NCBI GenBank assembly: GCA_965153355.1
Contig: OZ231126.1
Location: 32,240,001 to 32,304,000, forward strand
Source of the DNA: Flaccisagitta enflata
Taxonomy: Eukaryota
DNA length: 64,000 nucleotides
Reading direction: 5' to 3'
Notes under the pieces: model-generated
Database searches by the model: none
What the model was told of the DNA's origin: nothing
Seen by the model: the letters and a program-made list of their open reading frames with translations, nothing else
Shown: piece by piece, positions 29,424 through 43,256 of the stretch
Numbering within the stretch: position 1 is the stretch's first letter
How the letters are laid out: each line of letters begins with the position of its first letter
Position numbers and translations under genes: made by a program

Positions 29424-29705
29424 TTTTTAGATGCGTCCTCGGATCTCTATAATAGGCTGTGTCCGTCGGTCGGTTGATCGGTTGGTTGGTCGATTGGTTG
29501 GTTGGTTACGCATTCATCAAAAACATCTAAATCAAGCATTTTTTGAACAGAAAAGTGGTTCTACCCCAGTAAAAGAAGCATACATCAAGTAATTCATTCA
29601 TTCAATCATTCATTCATTCACAAATGATATTAATTCATAAAAAACATTCATTCATAAAAAATGTTCATTCAAAGAGGACGCATCGTTGGCCTACTTGGCC
29701 TTGTT
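29424..29705 (+). mobile_element. HINE-like family C
   Basis: TTTTTAGATGCGTCCTC with distal inverted GAGGACGCATC; (GGTC/GGTT)n core; 3' hairpin GGCCTACTTGGCC-TTGTT; relatives at 33681-33819, 53925-54214, ~60131-60250. Confidence 0.7.
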
Positions 29706-30896
29706 TTTCTACTCCTTCCCTGTCCAACCAACGCGACTCTTCTCCGTTCGTGGTCAAACGAGCGTACATACTGAGATAACGTTTCGGTACGCCATGCATA
29801 CTGATCAGTGATCATTTACAAAAATCGTCAATTCATTCGCTCATTCATTCATGCACACTAAAAGTTATCCATGTAAACATTCATACAAACTTTAATTAAT
29901 TCATTAAGCCATTCATACATACTCATCATTTACTCATTCAATGATTGATTCATTGATTAATTCATTCATTCATTCAGATTCATTCATTTATTCATTTGTT
30001 CATTCATTCATTCATTCATTCATTCATTCATTCATTCATTCATTCATTCATTCATTCATTCATTCATTCATTCATTCATTCATTCATTCATTCATTCATT
30101 TTGATATTCATTTATCTATTGTTTTATTCACACCGACCCAATTTGAGACGGTAACTGAATTCCGATATTAGATTTTCTGTAAATCCACCCATCTGCGTGT
30201 TTGCACGCGTGTGTGTTTGTCAATTATGTACGCGCAATATACATATTTGATATACTCTCAGGATGCCCTTCATGATTTTCGATACCCTCCGATGACCCCC
30301 TCTGCTGGCCCTTTGACTCTTGTCGATGATAAATTATTGGTGAATTATCGGTGATTTGGTGCCTCATGACATCGAAAAGCGACGTGATGGTTTAAGACGT
30401 TTCTTCATTTGCGTTATTTTACCATCTATTCTGGTTATTCTGGCATACATCTTTTATCATGTAAGAGACAAATTCAAAGATAGACGAGTAAGGAATGTGA
30501 AACTTGGTAAGGATTTTATCAAGGTTGGGTCGGTGAGAGGGAAGGCATAACAACAGGGGGTAAGGCAACTGGACAATTATACAATGAAAAAAGTCATAAA
30601 AAGGCATGAAAATTATCGTGACAGAGTTGACACAAATGTCAGCATCACCATTTGATAGAAAAATGATCAGTACCAGCAGTGAGGGTAAATCTTCGCGTGT
30701 TTTCATCCTCATTTAGTATCCGTCTCAGAATCAGCTGTCCGCTCAAGCGATACAGTTAGCCAGACGTCTGCCGATACGAGTGTCGCCATTTGATAGCAGC
30801 GTTGGTCGATTGGAGGTGAATGATACTCGTGGGAGCTTTCTTCCAATCGACTGAATGCGTTTTCAGTTTATATCTCTTTTCTCTTTGCCTCTCTGT

Positions 30897-31739
30897 GAGT
30901 CATGGACAGTCCGGGGGCGGTAGCCATAGTAATTCTATGGAGCCTTCTCAGGTAACTCTCAGGTTATTCTCAGGTAACTCTCAGGTAATTCTCAGGTTAT
31001 TCTCAGATTATTCTCAGGTGATTCAAAGGTTGTTTCCAGGATTTTTTTGGTAATTCCAAGGTCATTTTCAAGATTTCAATGGTAATCTTGGGTGTGGAAA
31101 GGATAAACTGATTATCTACACATTTAATAGTGGGGGGGGGGGGAAGAAGGAAATTGGCTTGCCGACGTCGACGTTGATGTCGACACATGACAAGATCTTT
31201 GTTACATCTGTTTTCTCATTACTGCCACCTATGCGGACGTCGACGTCGATGTCGATTCAGGGTATAATTTTTTAATTTTTCAACTTTTTCCTATGTTTTT
31301 TACGCTGATGTCGACGTCGATGTTGACGCAATGCAAGGTTTTATACAATATTTTATGCATAAAACTAACGCCGACGTCGATGTCGACGTCGACATCGACT
31401 TAGGGTATAATCTTTTCACTTTTTAAGTCATTCAAATGCTGCCTAAGCCGACGTCGACGTCGACATTGACATCATCATCAACGACATCAACAAAAAAGTC
31501 TATTATCCCCATAAAATGTTTTGCATGTCGACGTCGATGTCGACGTCGATGTCGACGTCAATGTTGACCGTTATCCTAATGTCTTTTTTTTAAGTTGCAT
31601 ATCAATATGAGAATATGAGAATATATGTCACCGATGACGACAATGACAACAACAATGACGATGTCGATGTCGACGTCGACAGCGATGTCGACAACAACTC
31701 TCAGGTTAATTCACATGGCCCCCTGACTGTCCATGTCAG
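30897..31739 (+). mobile_element. GTCGAC-rich non-autonomous DNA element with 8-bp TSD, copy 1
   Basis: TSD CTCTCTGT (30889-30896, 31740-31747); ends GAGT-CATGGACAGTC..GACTGTCCATG-TCAG; CTCAGGTTATT-like repeats. Confidence 0.85.
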
Positions 31740-32052
31740 CTCTCTGTCGCTTTTATGACTGTCGCTTTTTGCCATAACTGCCTGGTGACTATCTGGTGAC
31801 TATCTGTCCCTGATTATCCCCTTTCGCTTGCGTAATGTCTTTGTGTCTGTCTTTGTGTCTCTGTCTCTGTCAGTTTCCCGGATCACACTCTTTGTTTCTG
31901 CCTCCATCTCAACACCTGGTTGCTGACTTATCTGTCTGTCAGCCTATCTGTCTGTCTGTCTGTATGTGTGGCTGTGTGAAAATCTGACTGTTTCTCAGTC
32001 TCTTGATGTCAGTCTGTGTGAGTGTGAGAGTGTGAGTGTGAGTGTGAGTGTG

Positions 32053-32100
<48 letters not shown>

Positions 32101-32299
32101 TCTCTCTCTGTTATTCTTTTTTTTTGTTTTTCAATTTCGGTTTCAGCGTGTTTTGACGTTTTTGGATGCAAAGCAATCTTCTGCATCTCTTTTTGAGACT
32201 TTTCTCTTTCTCTGCCATTTAATCTTTCCATCCAGATAAATGTCTGTCATTCTGGATTTTTGTTTTCCCATCTAATCAAAACCAAACTCTCTCGCGCGT

Positions 32300-32379
<80 letters not shown>

Positions 32380-32400
32380 AGACATACACACACGCACGCA

Positions 32401-32571
<171 letters not shown>

Positions 32572-33205
32572 CTTTTTTTCCTTAATGTTATCACTTTACC
32601 ATCGTTTGCCCAAACCTTGGAAAATGATTGGCCCCCGCAATTGCGCGCAAAGGTCAACCTCGCCACCTGATTGGCCCTCGCAAAGGTCAACATCAGCACC
32701 TGATTGGATCTCCCAAAGGTCAACTCGATCAAACATTACCACGAAATGACATCCTTGACGCAACATTATTTTCTTTTTTTTTTTTTTTTTGCTCTTATGG
32801 AAATATCGGAAACTCGACCGCCGATTAAATCCGAACGCGAATTCACCGACTGGCTGTTTGATCTGGTGCTGAAAAGACACACTAGCTAGAGTCTCTTCCT
32901 GTTTCTTCACGGAACATTTTGGTATCTCTTTGTAGGGGGTCCTGTCAGTCGTTTTTGTCAGTTCTTATATTTGTTAGTTTAGTTGGTCCGTCCATCAGTA
33001 TGTCCGCCAGTCCGTCCGTGCCTCCGTCGGAACATCTGGAATGCGTCCTTAGGTTCATGAAATGTTTTGGTCGTTCTGTGTCATGGTTACTTGTCCAGAG
33101 GTATGGCAAGTGGACTCTTCTCGACTTTCCCACTGACTTTGTCTCGCATTACATAGACTTCCAGTATTTCTGTTCCGGTGTTTTTTCTGTCTAACTGTCA
33201 CTGTA

Positions 33206-33347
<142 letters not shown>

Positions 33348-33358
33348 AGTCAATCTAA

Positions 33359-33453
<95 letters not shown>

Positions 33454-34173
33454 GCGTGGTTCCCCAGGAGAGTATGTTGTACATTCCTGAGTAGACGCTG
33501 AGTGTGTCGCCGCAGTGAAGATCCAACCACTCAAACCGCAATTTCAGCTTTTGAAGGCCTGAGAATTTGGAGCGAAATAGAAGAGTGGAGGAGAAAGGTA
33601 AAGATAGATGAGGAGAGGGAGAGGAAGAAGAGTTTTCGGTTTATGGATGTATATAACTCGAAATTATCGATGTGCACTTGTTTTTAGGTGCGTCATCGCA
33701 TTTCTATAAGAGGGTCTGTCCGTCCGTGTGTTTGTTCGTCCATCCGTCCGTCTGTATGTCCGTTGCGGCTGTGCTCAAATCACGCAGATAAGGCATTGAG
33801 TTGCCCGGATGGGCTTGTTCCATAACGGTATCCCTGCCCTTACTCTTCCCCCATCCTCATCCGTGACCCTCAGTTAGGGTCCTTCACCTCCCCTTTAGCT
33901 CCAGCCTCTACCCCTAATGTAAATCCCACGGTTCCCATCCGACACCTATCGAGCGAATATATTGTAATGCTGATTAAACAATGCCGTGCAAGTGGGCAGG
34001 GGCAGTGCTAAAAAAGGTTATTTAAGCGATTGGGCAGAAGCAGTAAGGCTAACGGTGACCGACGAACGGTTACCGACGAACCGATGAACCGACGAACAGT
34101 CGAACCGACGAACCGACGAACGACGAACGGTGACCGACGAACGGATGGACAGACAGACCGACCATATAGCGGG

Positions 34174-34240
34174 GCTGTTTGTGCGTCCAAGCCTTCCCGC
34201 GGCGACAGCGGGCGACGCTCTGCGTTGGCAAATCTGGACG
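34174..34240 (+). ncRNA. HDV-like self-cleaving ribozyme (predicted)
   Basis: P1 GCTGTT/GACAGC, P2 CGTCCA/TGGACG, P3 GCC/GGC, L3 TTCCCGC, GGG for P1.1, P4 CGACGC/GCGTTG, J4/2 GCAAA with candidate catalytic C34229; G+1 is the first base after the TSD. Confidence 0.8.
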
Positions 34241-34378
34241 AAGGGGCCCGGAAGACAAGGGGAGGAGGAAGAGCGAAAGTTCCGACACCAATCCGTCTTT
34301 TTTACGGGTCACGGAGTAGGGGGGAGGTTGCCGCACCCTTCTGCTCCAAAAAAACTATTCATCTGTAGGCAGTAGCCC

Positions 34379-37300
34379 ATGTTGGGCTCTCTCAAGTTGG
34401 GCGAACGCGCCCGGGCAACAGAGGTGGCTCTCAGACTAGTGACAATTCACCCCAACCCTGGTCCGAGAGGCCACGGCAGGACGGAGCGGGCTAAGCTAAG
34501 GAGAAGTATGAGAAGAAAGGAGAAAAGGAAGGAGAAAAGGCTAGCAAGGCAAGGCAGCAGCAAGGTTAAGGAGGAGTTGGTCGTTGTCGCCTGGAATGTG
34601 CAGCGCAAAAAACTGCTGGAGTGGTGTAGGACGACTGGATTCTCGCACGTCAACTGCTTTTATCGTCACAACAAAAGGGGAACTTGGTTCTCCAATTTCA
34701 ACCACCGATGGTACGAACTGGACGGCTTCCTTATGAGAAACCGCGAGCGACAGCATCACGTCAGGAAGATTTGTACTGTCGGCGAGGCGTCCCTCTCGGA
34801 CCACAAGCCGAAGAAGTTGCGACTGAGCTTAAAGAAGAGGAGGTGGGTAGAAGCTCAGGCTAGCAGGAAAGTCCCGCAAATTAAGTGGGAGTGTTTGAGG
34901 AACGAGGTGGTGGCTGAAACTTATCGCCAAAGGATGCAGGAGGTGATGGAAGAGGAGGAACAAAGGGTAGGGGAAGAGACATCAGGATGGGCAGAAGTGG
35001 CGGAGAAAGTGATGGTGGTGGCTAAGGAGGTTTGTGGTGTAAAAAGTAAGAGTGTGGAGAACCCGTGGATGATGGGGAAAGAAGAAGAGATAGAGAGAAG
35101 AAGAAGGGAGATAAGTGCCGCGGTGGAAAGGAAGAATGAAGCGGTGGAAGGAGGAGAAGAGGATGAAAGAGTGGAGGAAGCGAAAGAAGAAGTGAGGAGG
35201 CTTAGAGGGGAATGGAAGAGGACGGTAAAGAGATGGGAGAAGGAGTGGTGGGAGGGAGTGGCGGATGAATGTAGGAGGGCGGAGGAGGTTGGTGACATGG
35301 GCAGTCTCTATCGAGGGATAAGGAAGATAGGAATCAAGGATGAAAAGAAGGCGCCGGCGGAGACAAAAATAACAACAGAAGATTTTAAAGTTCACTTCAG
35401 TCAAGTATCAAAGGATCGTTTTGAGAATGACCCGGCGGAGATTGAGGAAGTTGTGGAAGCAGTGGAAGATCTGAGAGGGACAGAGAAGGCGAAGATTTGG
35501 GAAGAAAAATTGAACTCGGTGCCAGACAAGAAAGAAATATTGGAGCAAATGAGGAAGATGAGGGACTCGGCGCCGGGCGAGGACGGAGTCAGACTTTCTT
35601 ACATAATGAAAGGTGGTGAAAAGGTGCAGGAGAGGGTGGTAAAGATAGTTCAGTTTATGTTTTCCAACGAGGCGGAGAAGTGGGAGGATGCCCTCAAGTC
35701 GGGGGTAGTTGTGCCGCTGTATAAAATGAAGGGCGACCGCGACGACCCCAATAACTACAGGGGAGTGTGTCTTCTATCCATGGGGAGCAGGATACTAGCG
35801 CGAGTCATAGCAGCACGTCTGATGGCGTGGTCGGAAGACGTCGGTCTACTCGACGACAATCAGCAAGGCTTTCGGAAGGGTAGGTCGACCGGAGACGCCA
35901 CCCAGATGATGGTGAGACTGAAGGAGGACGCTGAGGATTTGGAAACAAGGAGGAGAGGGGAGGAGGTAGAGGACAAGGACAATCTTGTTGCGAGACTGTT
36001 GGATCTCAAGAAAGCCTATCCTAGGGTTAACAAGCCGGCCCTGTGGAAAATTCTTGAAAAATATGGTCTAAATGGTAACTTTCTGCACAGCCTCCAAGAC
36101 CTTCACGAGACTACCGAATATAAGATCCGCGGTAAGAACGGCTTCAGCGAGGAATGGGTGCCAGAAAGGGGCCTGCGAGAGGGATGTCCCTCCTCGCCAC
36201 CTCTCTTCAACATTTTTCACCAAGCAGTGATGCGACTAGCAAGGAGGAAGAGGATTGAAAGAGCGGAAGAAAGTGGAAAGACAGCAGGAATCATCGTCAA
36301 ATGGGTGCCAGGAAGTTCATTTCCGAGTGAAGCAACATGGGAGAAGCATAATTCAGAGGTGGTGGAGGTGAGGGTGGATAAGAGTCTCTTCGCGGACGAC
36401 TCCACCATAGTGGGTAACAAGGAGGAAATTGACGATGGAGTGAATACGACGAAGGAAATAATGAATAAATTCGAAGAAAGAAACAATGACAACAAAGAGG
36501 AGGAATTATTGTTTGGAAGCGAGGAAAGCGGTGGCATTAGAATGTTGGGCAGCTGGATGGGGTGGAAGGAGGATGTTGACGCACGTTTGAAGAGGGGAAA
36601 CAAGATATGGTGGTTAACAAGGAAACGTCTGAGAGGAGCAAGGATCTCGAGAAAGTTACAAGCAAGAATCGTGCAAACTTGCGTAGAATCGACGCTTTTA
36701 TTTGACTGTCATGTCAGAACGTGGAGGGTGTCTGAATTGAAGCGCCTTCAGAAGTTTGTGGACCGCGCGTATAGGCATGTTTGGAGCAGGAAGACGGGGC
36801 CGCCGTTGATGCAGATGCAACAAGAAGGTAAAAACATGGTGGATGTAAGGAAGGAGCTGGGGGTGATGCCGATCAGATGGAAGGTGGAGAAACGTGTGCT
36901 TGAAAGAATGGGACATGTGATGCGATTGGGTGATGATCGGATGGTGAAGGCGGTCACCCTGGGGTGGGTCGAGCAGCTGGAAAGGTGGAAGAAGACGAAA
37001 GGCAGCAAAAGAAAGACGGTGCTTTATTGGAAGAAGCTGGTAAGAGAGGCAGGATGGGACTATACGAAGATCGGGAAGCTGACAAGAGATAGGAAGAAAT
37101 GGAAGGAACTAGTCAGAGAAAGAATGGATCATCTGCGAAAGTGGGAATGGAGTCGTGGAAACAAATGGGAAGGAGAAAGACCGGAAAGGAGGGACGCCAC
37201 AAGAGAGGACAGAATGGCTTTTGTGTTTGTGTGTGATGAGTGCGGAAAAGTGTGCAAATCGAAAGCGGGATTAACAATTCACGTCAAAAGGATGCATGAA

Positions 37301-37627
37301 CAATCTGAGAAGAAGAAAAAATTTGGGTGCGACAACTGCGAAAAAGTTTTCTTGCAAGAAGCAAATCTTAAAAATCATGAGAAAATCTGCGGGGGCAAGG
37401 AAGACGACGGGAAGAGGGAATGCTCCGGATGCCATAAACGTCTGTCGAAATCTTACATCCATCAACACATGCGGGCCTGTCAGGCCGCGCAAGGGGGCGA
37501 TATGGAGGTGGTGGCCCAGCCCCGGGCAAGAGTGTATCGAGCGAAAAGGAAAAATTGCCCAGGATGTGGCGTCGAGATGGCGGCCACAAACGTAGCAAGA
37601 CACTTGAGAGAAGTGTGCCACCGCTAA
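34379..37627 (+). CDS. RTE-like polyprotein: 2A-like peptide, internally deleted AP endonuclease, reverse transcriptase, 4 C-terminal zinc fingers
   Basis: 1082-aa uninterrupted ORF; IHPNPGP, AWNVQ, YELDGFL, SDH, SAPGEDG, NYRGVCLL, QQGFRKGRST, LDLKKAY, GLREGCPSSPPLFN, FADD (36389-36400); CxxC..H..H/C motifs at 37225-37620. Confidence 0.9.
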   Translation: MLGSLKLGERARATEVALRLVTIHPNPGPRGHGRTERAKLRRSMRRKEKRKEKRLARQGSSKVKEELVVVAWNVQRKKLLEWCRTTGFSHVNCFYRHNKRGTWFSNFNHRWYELDGFLMRNRERQHHVRKICTVGEASLSDHKPKKLRLSLKKRRWVEAQASRKVPQIKWECLRNEVVAETYRQRMQEVMEEEEQRVGEETSGWAEVAEKVMVVAKEVCGVKSKSVENPWMMGKEEEIERRRREISAAVERKNEAVEGGEEDERVEEAKEEVRRLRGEWKRTVKRWEKEWWEGVADECRRAEEVGDMGSLYRGIRKIGIKDEKKAPAETKITTEDFKVHFSQVSKDRFENDPAEIEEVVEAVEDLRGTEKAKIWEEKLNSVPDKKEILEQMRKMRDSAPGEDGVRLSYIMKGGEKVQERVVKIVQFMFSNEAEKWEDALKSGVVVPLYKMKGDRDDPNNYRGVCLLSMGSRILARVIAARLMAWSEDVGLLDDNQQGFRKGRSTGDATQMMVRLKEDAEDLETRRRGEEVEDKDNLVARLLDLKKAYPRVNKPALWKILEKYGLNGNFLHSLQDLHETTEYKIRGKNGFSEEWVPERGLREGCPSSPPLFNIFHQAVMRLARRKRIERAEESGKTAGIIVKWVPGSSFPSEATWEKHNSEVVEVRVDKSLFADDSTIVGNKEEIDDGVNTTKEIMNKFEERNNDNKEEELLFGSEESGGIRMLGSWMGWKEDVDARLKRGNKIWWLTRKRLRGARISRKLQARIVQTCVESTLLFDCHVRTWRVSELKRLQKFVDRAYRHVWSRKTGPPLMQMQQEGKNMVDVRKELGVMPIRWKVEKRVLERMGHVMRLGDDRMVKAVTLGWVEQLERWKKTKGSKRKTVLYWKKLVREAGWDYTKIGKLTRDRKKWKELVRERMDHLRKWEWSRGNKWEGERPERRDATREDRMAFVFVCDECGKVCKSKAGLTIHVKRMHEQSEKKKKFGCDNCEKVFLQEANLKNHEKICGGKEDDGKRECSGCHKRLSKSYIHQHMRACQAAQGGDMEVVAQPRARVYRAKRKNCPGCGVEMAATNVARHLREVCHR

Positions 37628-38789
37628 CGCGTGGTGCATTTAAATACCCAACATGGAGGGGTATACTCCTAACGGGAGTCTAAACCCATTTTACGGATTT
37701 ACGGATTTACGGACCATATAGCGGGTCATAGAGTCGCGTAGCACGCGACTAAGAATGACAAGTCTCGCCTTTTCCACCTTGACTGAGTTATCTAGTGGTG
37801 AAGATTTCAAACGGCCTTTAGTTCAAGTCTACCATACGACTAAAAAAAAAGACGCATTTTTAGTATTCCAATCATAAATCAAAGAGAAACCTTAGATCAT
37901 CTGAAAGCCCTTCAAAAGTACTTTCATTTGGCGCCAATCTGGTATTGCTATCTTTTTATGTTTAGAAATGGCATAAGTTTGAGTGAAAACGTGATTCTCA
38001 TTGCAAGGCTCTAGCTTCTAAACCGTGTGAGATATAGAGCTGGGATTGGTCTAGATTGGTTAAGATTAAAATATTTTTCAAAAAGTTAGAATTAATCTTT
38101 ACACTTGTGTTTATTAATCTACAATAAAGGCGGCTCTCGCCGACCGGAAAAAAGTCGTAAATGGGAGTCACTTTTTTCATTGCATGTTTTTCTGTGTGCA
38201 TCTCTTCGATTGGATCGCAATTCTCCATGGTTCGGGTTTTCAAATTGACAGAAACCAATCCGCCACAATGATTTGTCACTCTTTGCACGAGAAAGGATTG
38301 TTTTGATTATGAGCATGAAGTCCGAATCATTAACGAGTACTGAGTAGTTCCCAGTTTAATGACTGGAGCCATTGGCAATGAATTCCATTAGGCTACTCTG
38401 AGCTAGGATTTCAGTTTCGTGGTTATTTTGGTCAATATGCAGCCACTTCTCCAGCACTCTTTGTTTATTTTTGTCATAAATGTCATAAATGGAGAACAGG
38501 AGTCTATTGCAAGTAACAAGAAGACGATATAGATGGAGTTACCATACCTACTTACGGAATATTGAAATGGCAAAGAAAAACTGATATGTTGGGATCAATG
38601 CAGCGAGCAGCTAAGAGCTTAAAATAAATCGGCTTGGTTGAGGAGTGGGTATGGGTTCGAAACCCTAACAGACGGAGGAATTCGAAGGGGTTGAGTGAAA
38701 CTGATAGGAAGAGGAAGTGGAGGAGGATGAGAAGGACAAGAAGAGGAACATTAAGAGATTAACTCAGCATGACATTCGGAAACAGGAAG

Positions 38790-39572
38790 CAAGGCGTTGA
38801 TATTGCACTATAATCCCCACAATCCCAGTTGGTCGGTTGGTTGGTCGGTTGGTTGGTCCCCTTTTTGCCATCACACAGGAGAAATTTCTCTTCCTTCTTC
38901 TTCTCCTCCTCCTCCTTCTCCGTCCACCCCCTTCGTAGCTCATATTTTAGCCATGCGGCTCAAATCCCAACCTATAGGCTCAAATCCTAGTCTCGAGGCC
39001 CAAATTCTAGCCTCAAGGCCCAAATCCTAGCCTTGAGGCCCAAATCCCAACTACAAGTCTCACATCCCAACCTCAAGGCTCACATCCCAACTTTGAGGCT
39101 CAGATCCTAGCCTAGAAGCTCAAATCCCAGCCTAGAGACTCAAATCCTAGCATTGAGGCTCAAATCCCAAACTTGAAGCTCAAATTCCAGCCTCAAGGCT
39201 CAAATCCTAGCTTCAAGGCTCAAATCCTAGCTTCAAGGCTCAAATCCTAGCTTCAAGGCTAAAATCCCATTTTTGAGGCTCAAATCCCAGCCTCGAGGCT
39301 CAAATCCCAGCCTCGAGGCTCAAATCCCAGGCACAGACTCACATCCCAACCTCGAGGCTCAAATCCCACCCTCAAGGCTGAAATCCCAAATCCCAACCTC
39401 GAGGCTTAAATCTCATTATTGATGCTCACTTTCAACCCTAGATCTTCATAAACTTACTGAGCATAGGTCATCGGCCCCTTCGGGGCCGCTGCCCCTCTCA
39501 CCATCACACACCCACATATGCTCACATAGGGGCAACGGGTACCGCTGACCATCTAACGCTTTTGCGACTATT
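38790..39572 (+). mobile_element. HINE-like family B with 20-bp array, adjacent to a family A fragment (39573-39668)
   Basis: (GGCTCAAATCCCAGCCTCGA)n at ~38955-39410; GGGGCCGCTGCCC and GGGCAACGGGTACCGCTGACCATCT end; left boundary approximate. Confidence 0.6.
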
Positions 39573-40449
39573 ACTTTTTGGCGTTTTTGAGCCTTTTGAG
39601 CTTACTGCTCCTGCCCAAATGCTCTGATGACCTTCTCCAGTACTGCTCCTGCCGTATCTGGCCTTGCTGTTAAACACTGACGTATTTTTGTTCATCCAAA
39701 AATGTTCATCGCCAGTAATTTCCAAGGATAATAATTTCAGGGTAAAGAAACGATCATCTGAATTTTTACATACAACTAGAAGGGCCCTTTTCAAGCCTTT
39801 GCATGAGAGAGAAAAGCCTGATTCGATTCTTGAAGAACTGATAACACTTGTCATATCCACCGATCCTGCTATACTTTTTTCCTGCGTGAAATGACTTTAA
39901 AAATATTCATTTTCTTTTATGTTTTTTCCCCTGAAGAAAGTCTATTGATCATCAGTCTAGTAATCATCCCAGAAATCAGGTCGTTCAATCCAATTACCGT
40001 TAAGTCTAAACAAACCATTCTATCAAAATTGGATTTAAATCTGAAAGCCTGGAATTATCCAATGAGTGTGCTGAGAATGACTGACCAAAATAAAAGAAAA
40101 TATTTGGACAATCTTTTTTCGTCTACTTGACTATAGGTTCATTTATGGAAAGAACAGGGTACACAGCATTAAAGATGTTCCATCAAAGGATCGTTAAGCC
40201 ATCGGTATCGATATGGCCATGAGAGGCATCGAATTGAAATGGGAATAATCATGGTTTAACAGGGGACACGTGTATATCCAAGATTGGTCGAGCGCGACTA
40301 AGCAGTAGCAGTGAATCGTACATCAACTGATATGCGATCCTCGCTTCAAAAAAGAAAATGAGAATTCCTAAGAATTTATCTCTCTTTTTTTTGTCAGTCT
40401 CTCTATCAAGTTATCTGTTTCTGTCAGTGTGAATATCAGTCTATGAGAA

Positions 40450-43021
<2,572 letters not shown>

Positions 43022-43189
43022 GTTGTTTTTCTCTACTGACCTTTGTCCGCTTTGAATTTGATGTGACAATCTGTGTAGTCTGTGTAGGCTGGGCCGACAT
43101 CCGAGTAAACCACGGCACCATCGATGTCCTTAGTAGAACCGCCGCAATTAAATGTGTTCATGTAATCTGTGGGTTGGAAATATACGAAT

Positions 43190-43256
<67 letters not shown>

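Larger units (their letters stand above)
34174..37713 (+). mobile_element. Apparently full-length RTE-like non-LTR retrotransposon
   Basis: TSD GACCATATAGCGGG (34160-34173, 37712-37725; its first 2 nt overlap the tail); single APE-RT-ZnF ORF; short 3' UTR; (TTTACGGA)3 tail at 37690-37713. Confidence 0.9.
33977..37752 (-). mobile_element. HINE-like family A element split by the RTE insertion (33977-34173 and 37726-37752)
   Basis: Left part has GTGGGCAGGGGCAG, TTGGGCAGAAGCAGT and the (ACCGACGA) core; right part is TCATAGAGTCGCGTAGCACGCGACTAA. Confidence 0.75.

Noticed and set aside
38625-38680. GGTTCGAAACC B-box suggesting a tRNA or SINE
   Set aside because: No cloverleaf, weak A-box, no second copy in the window
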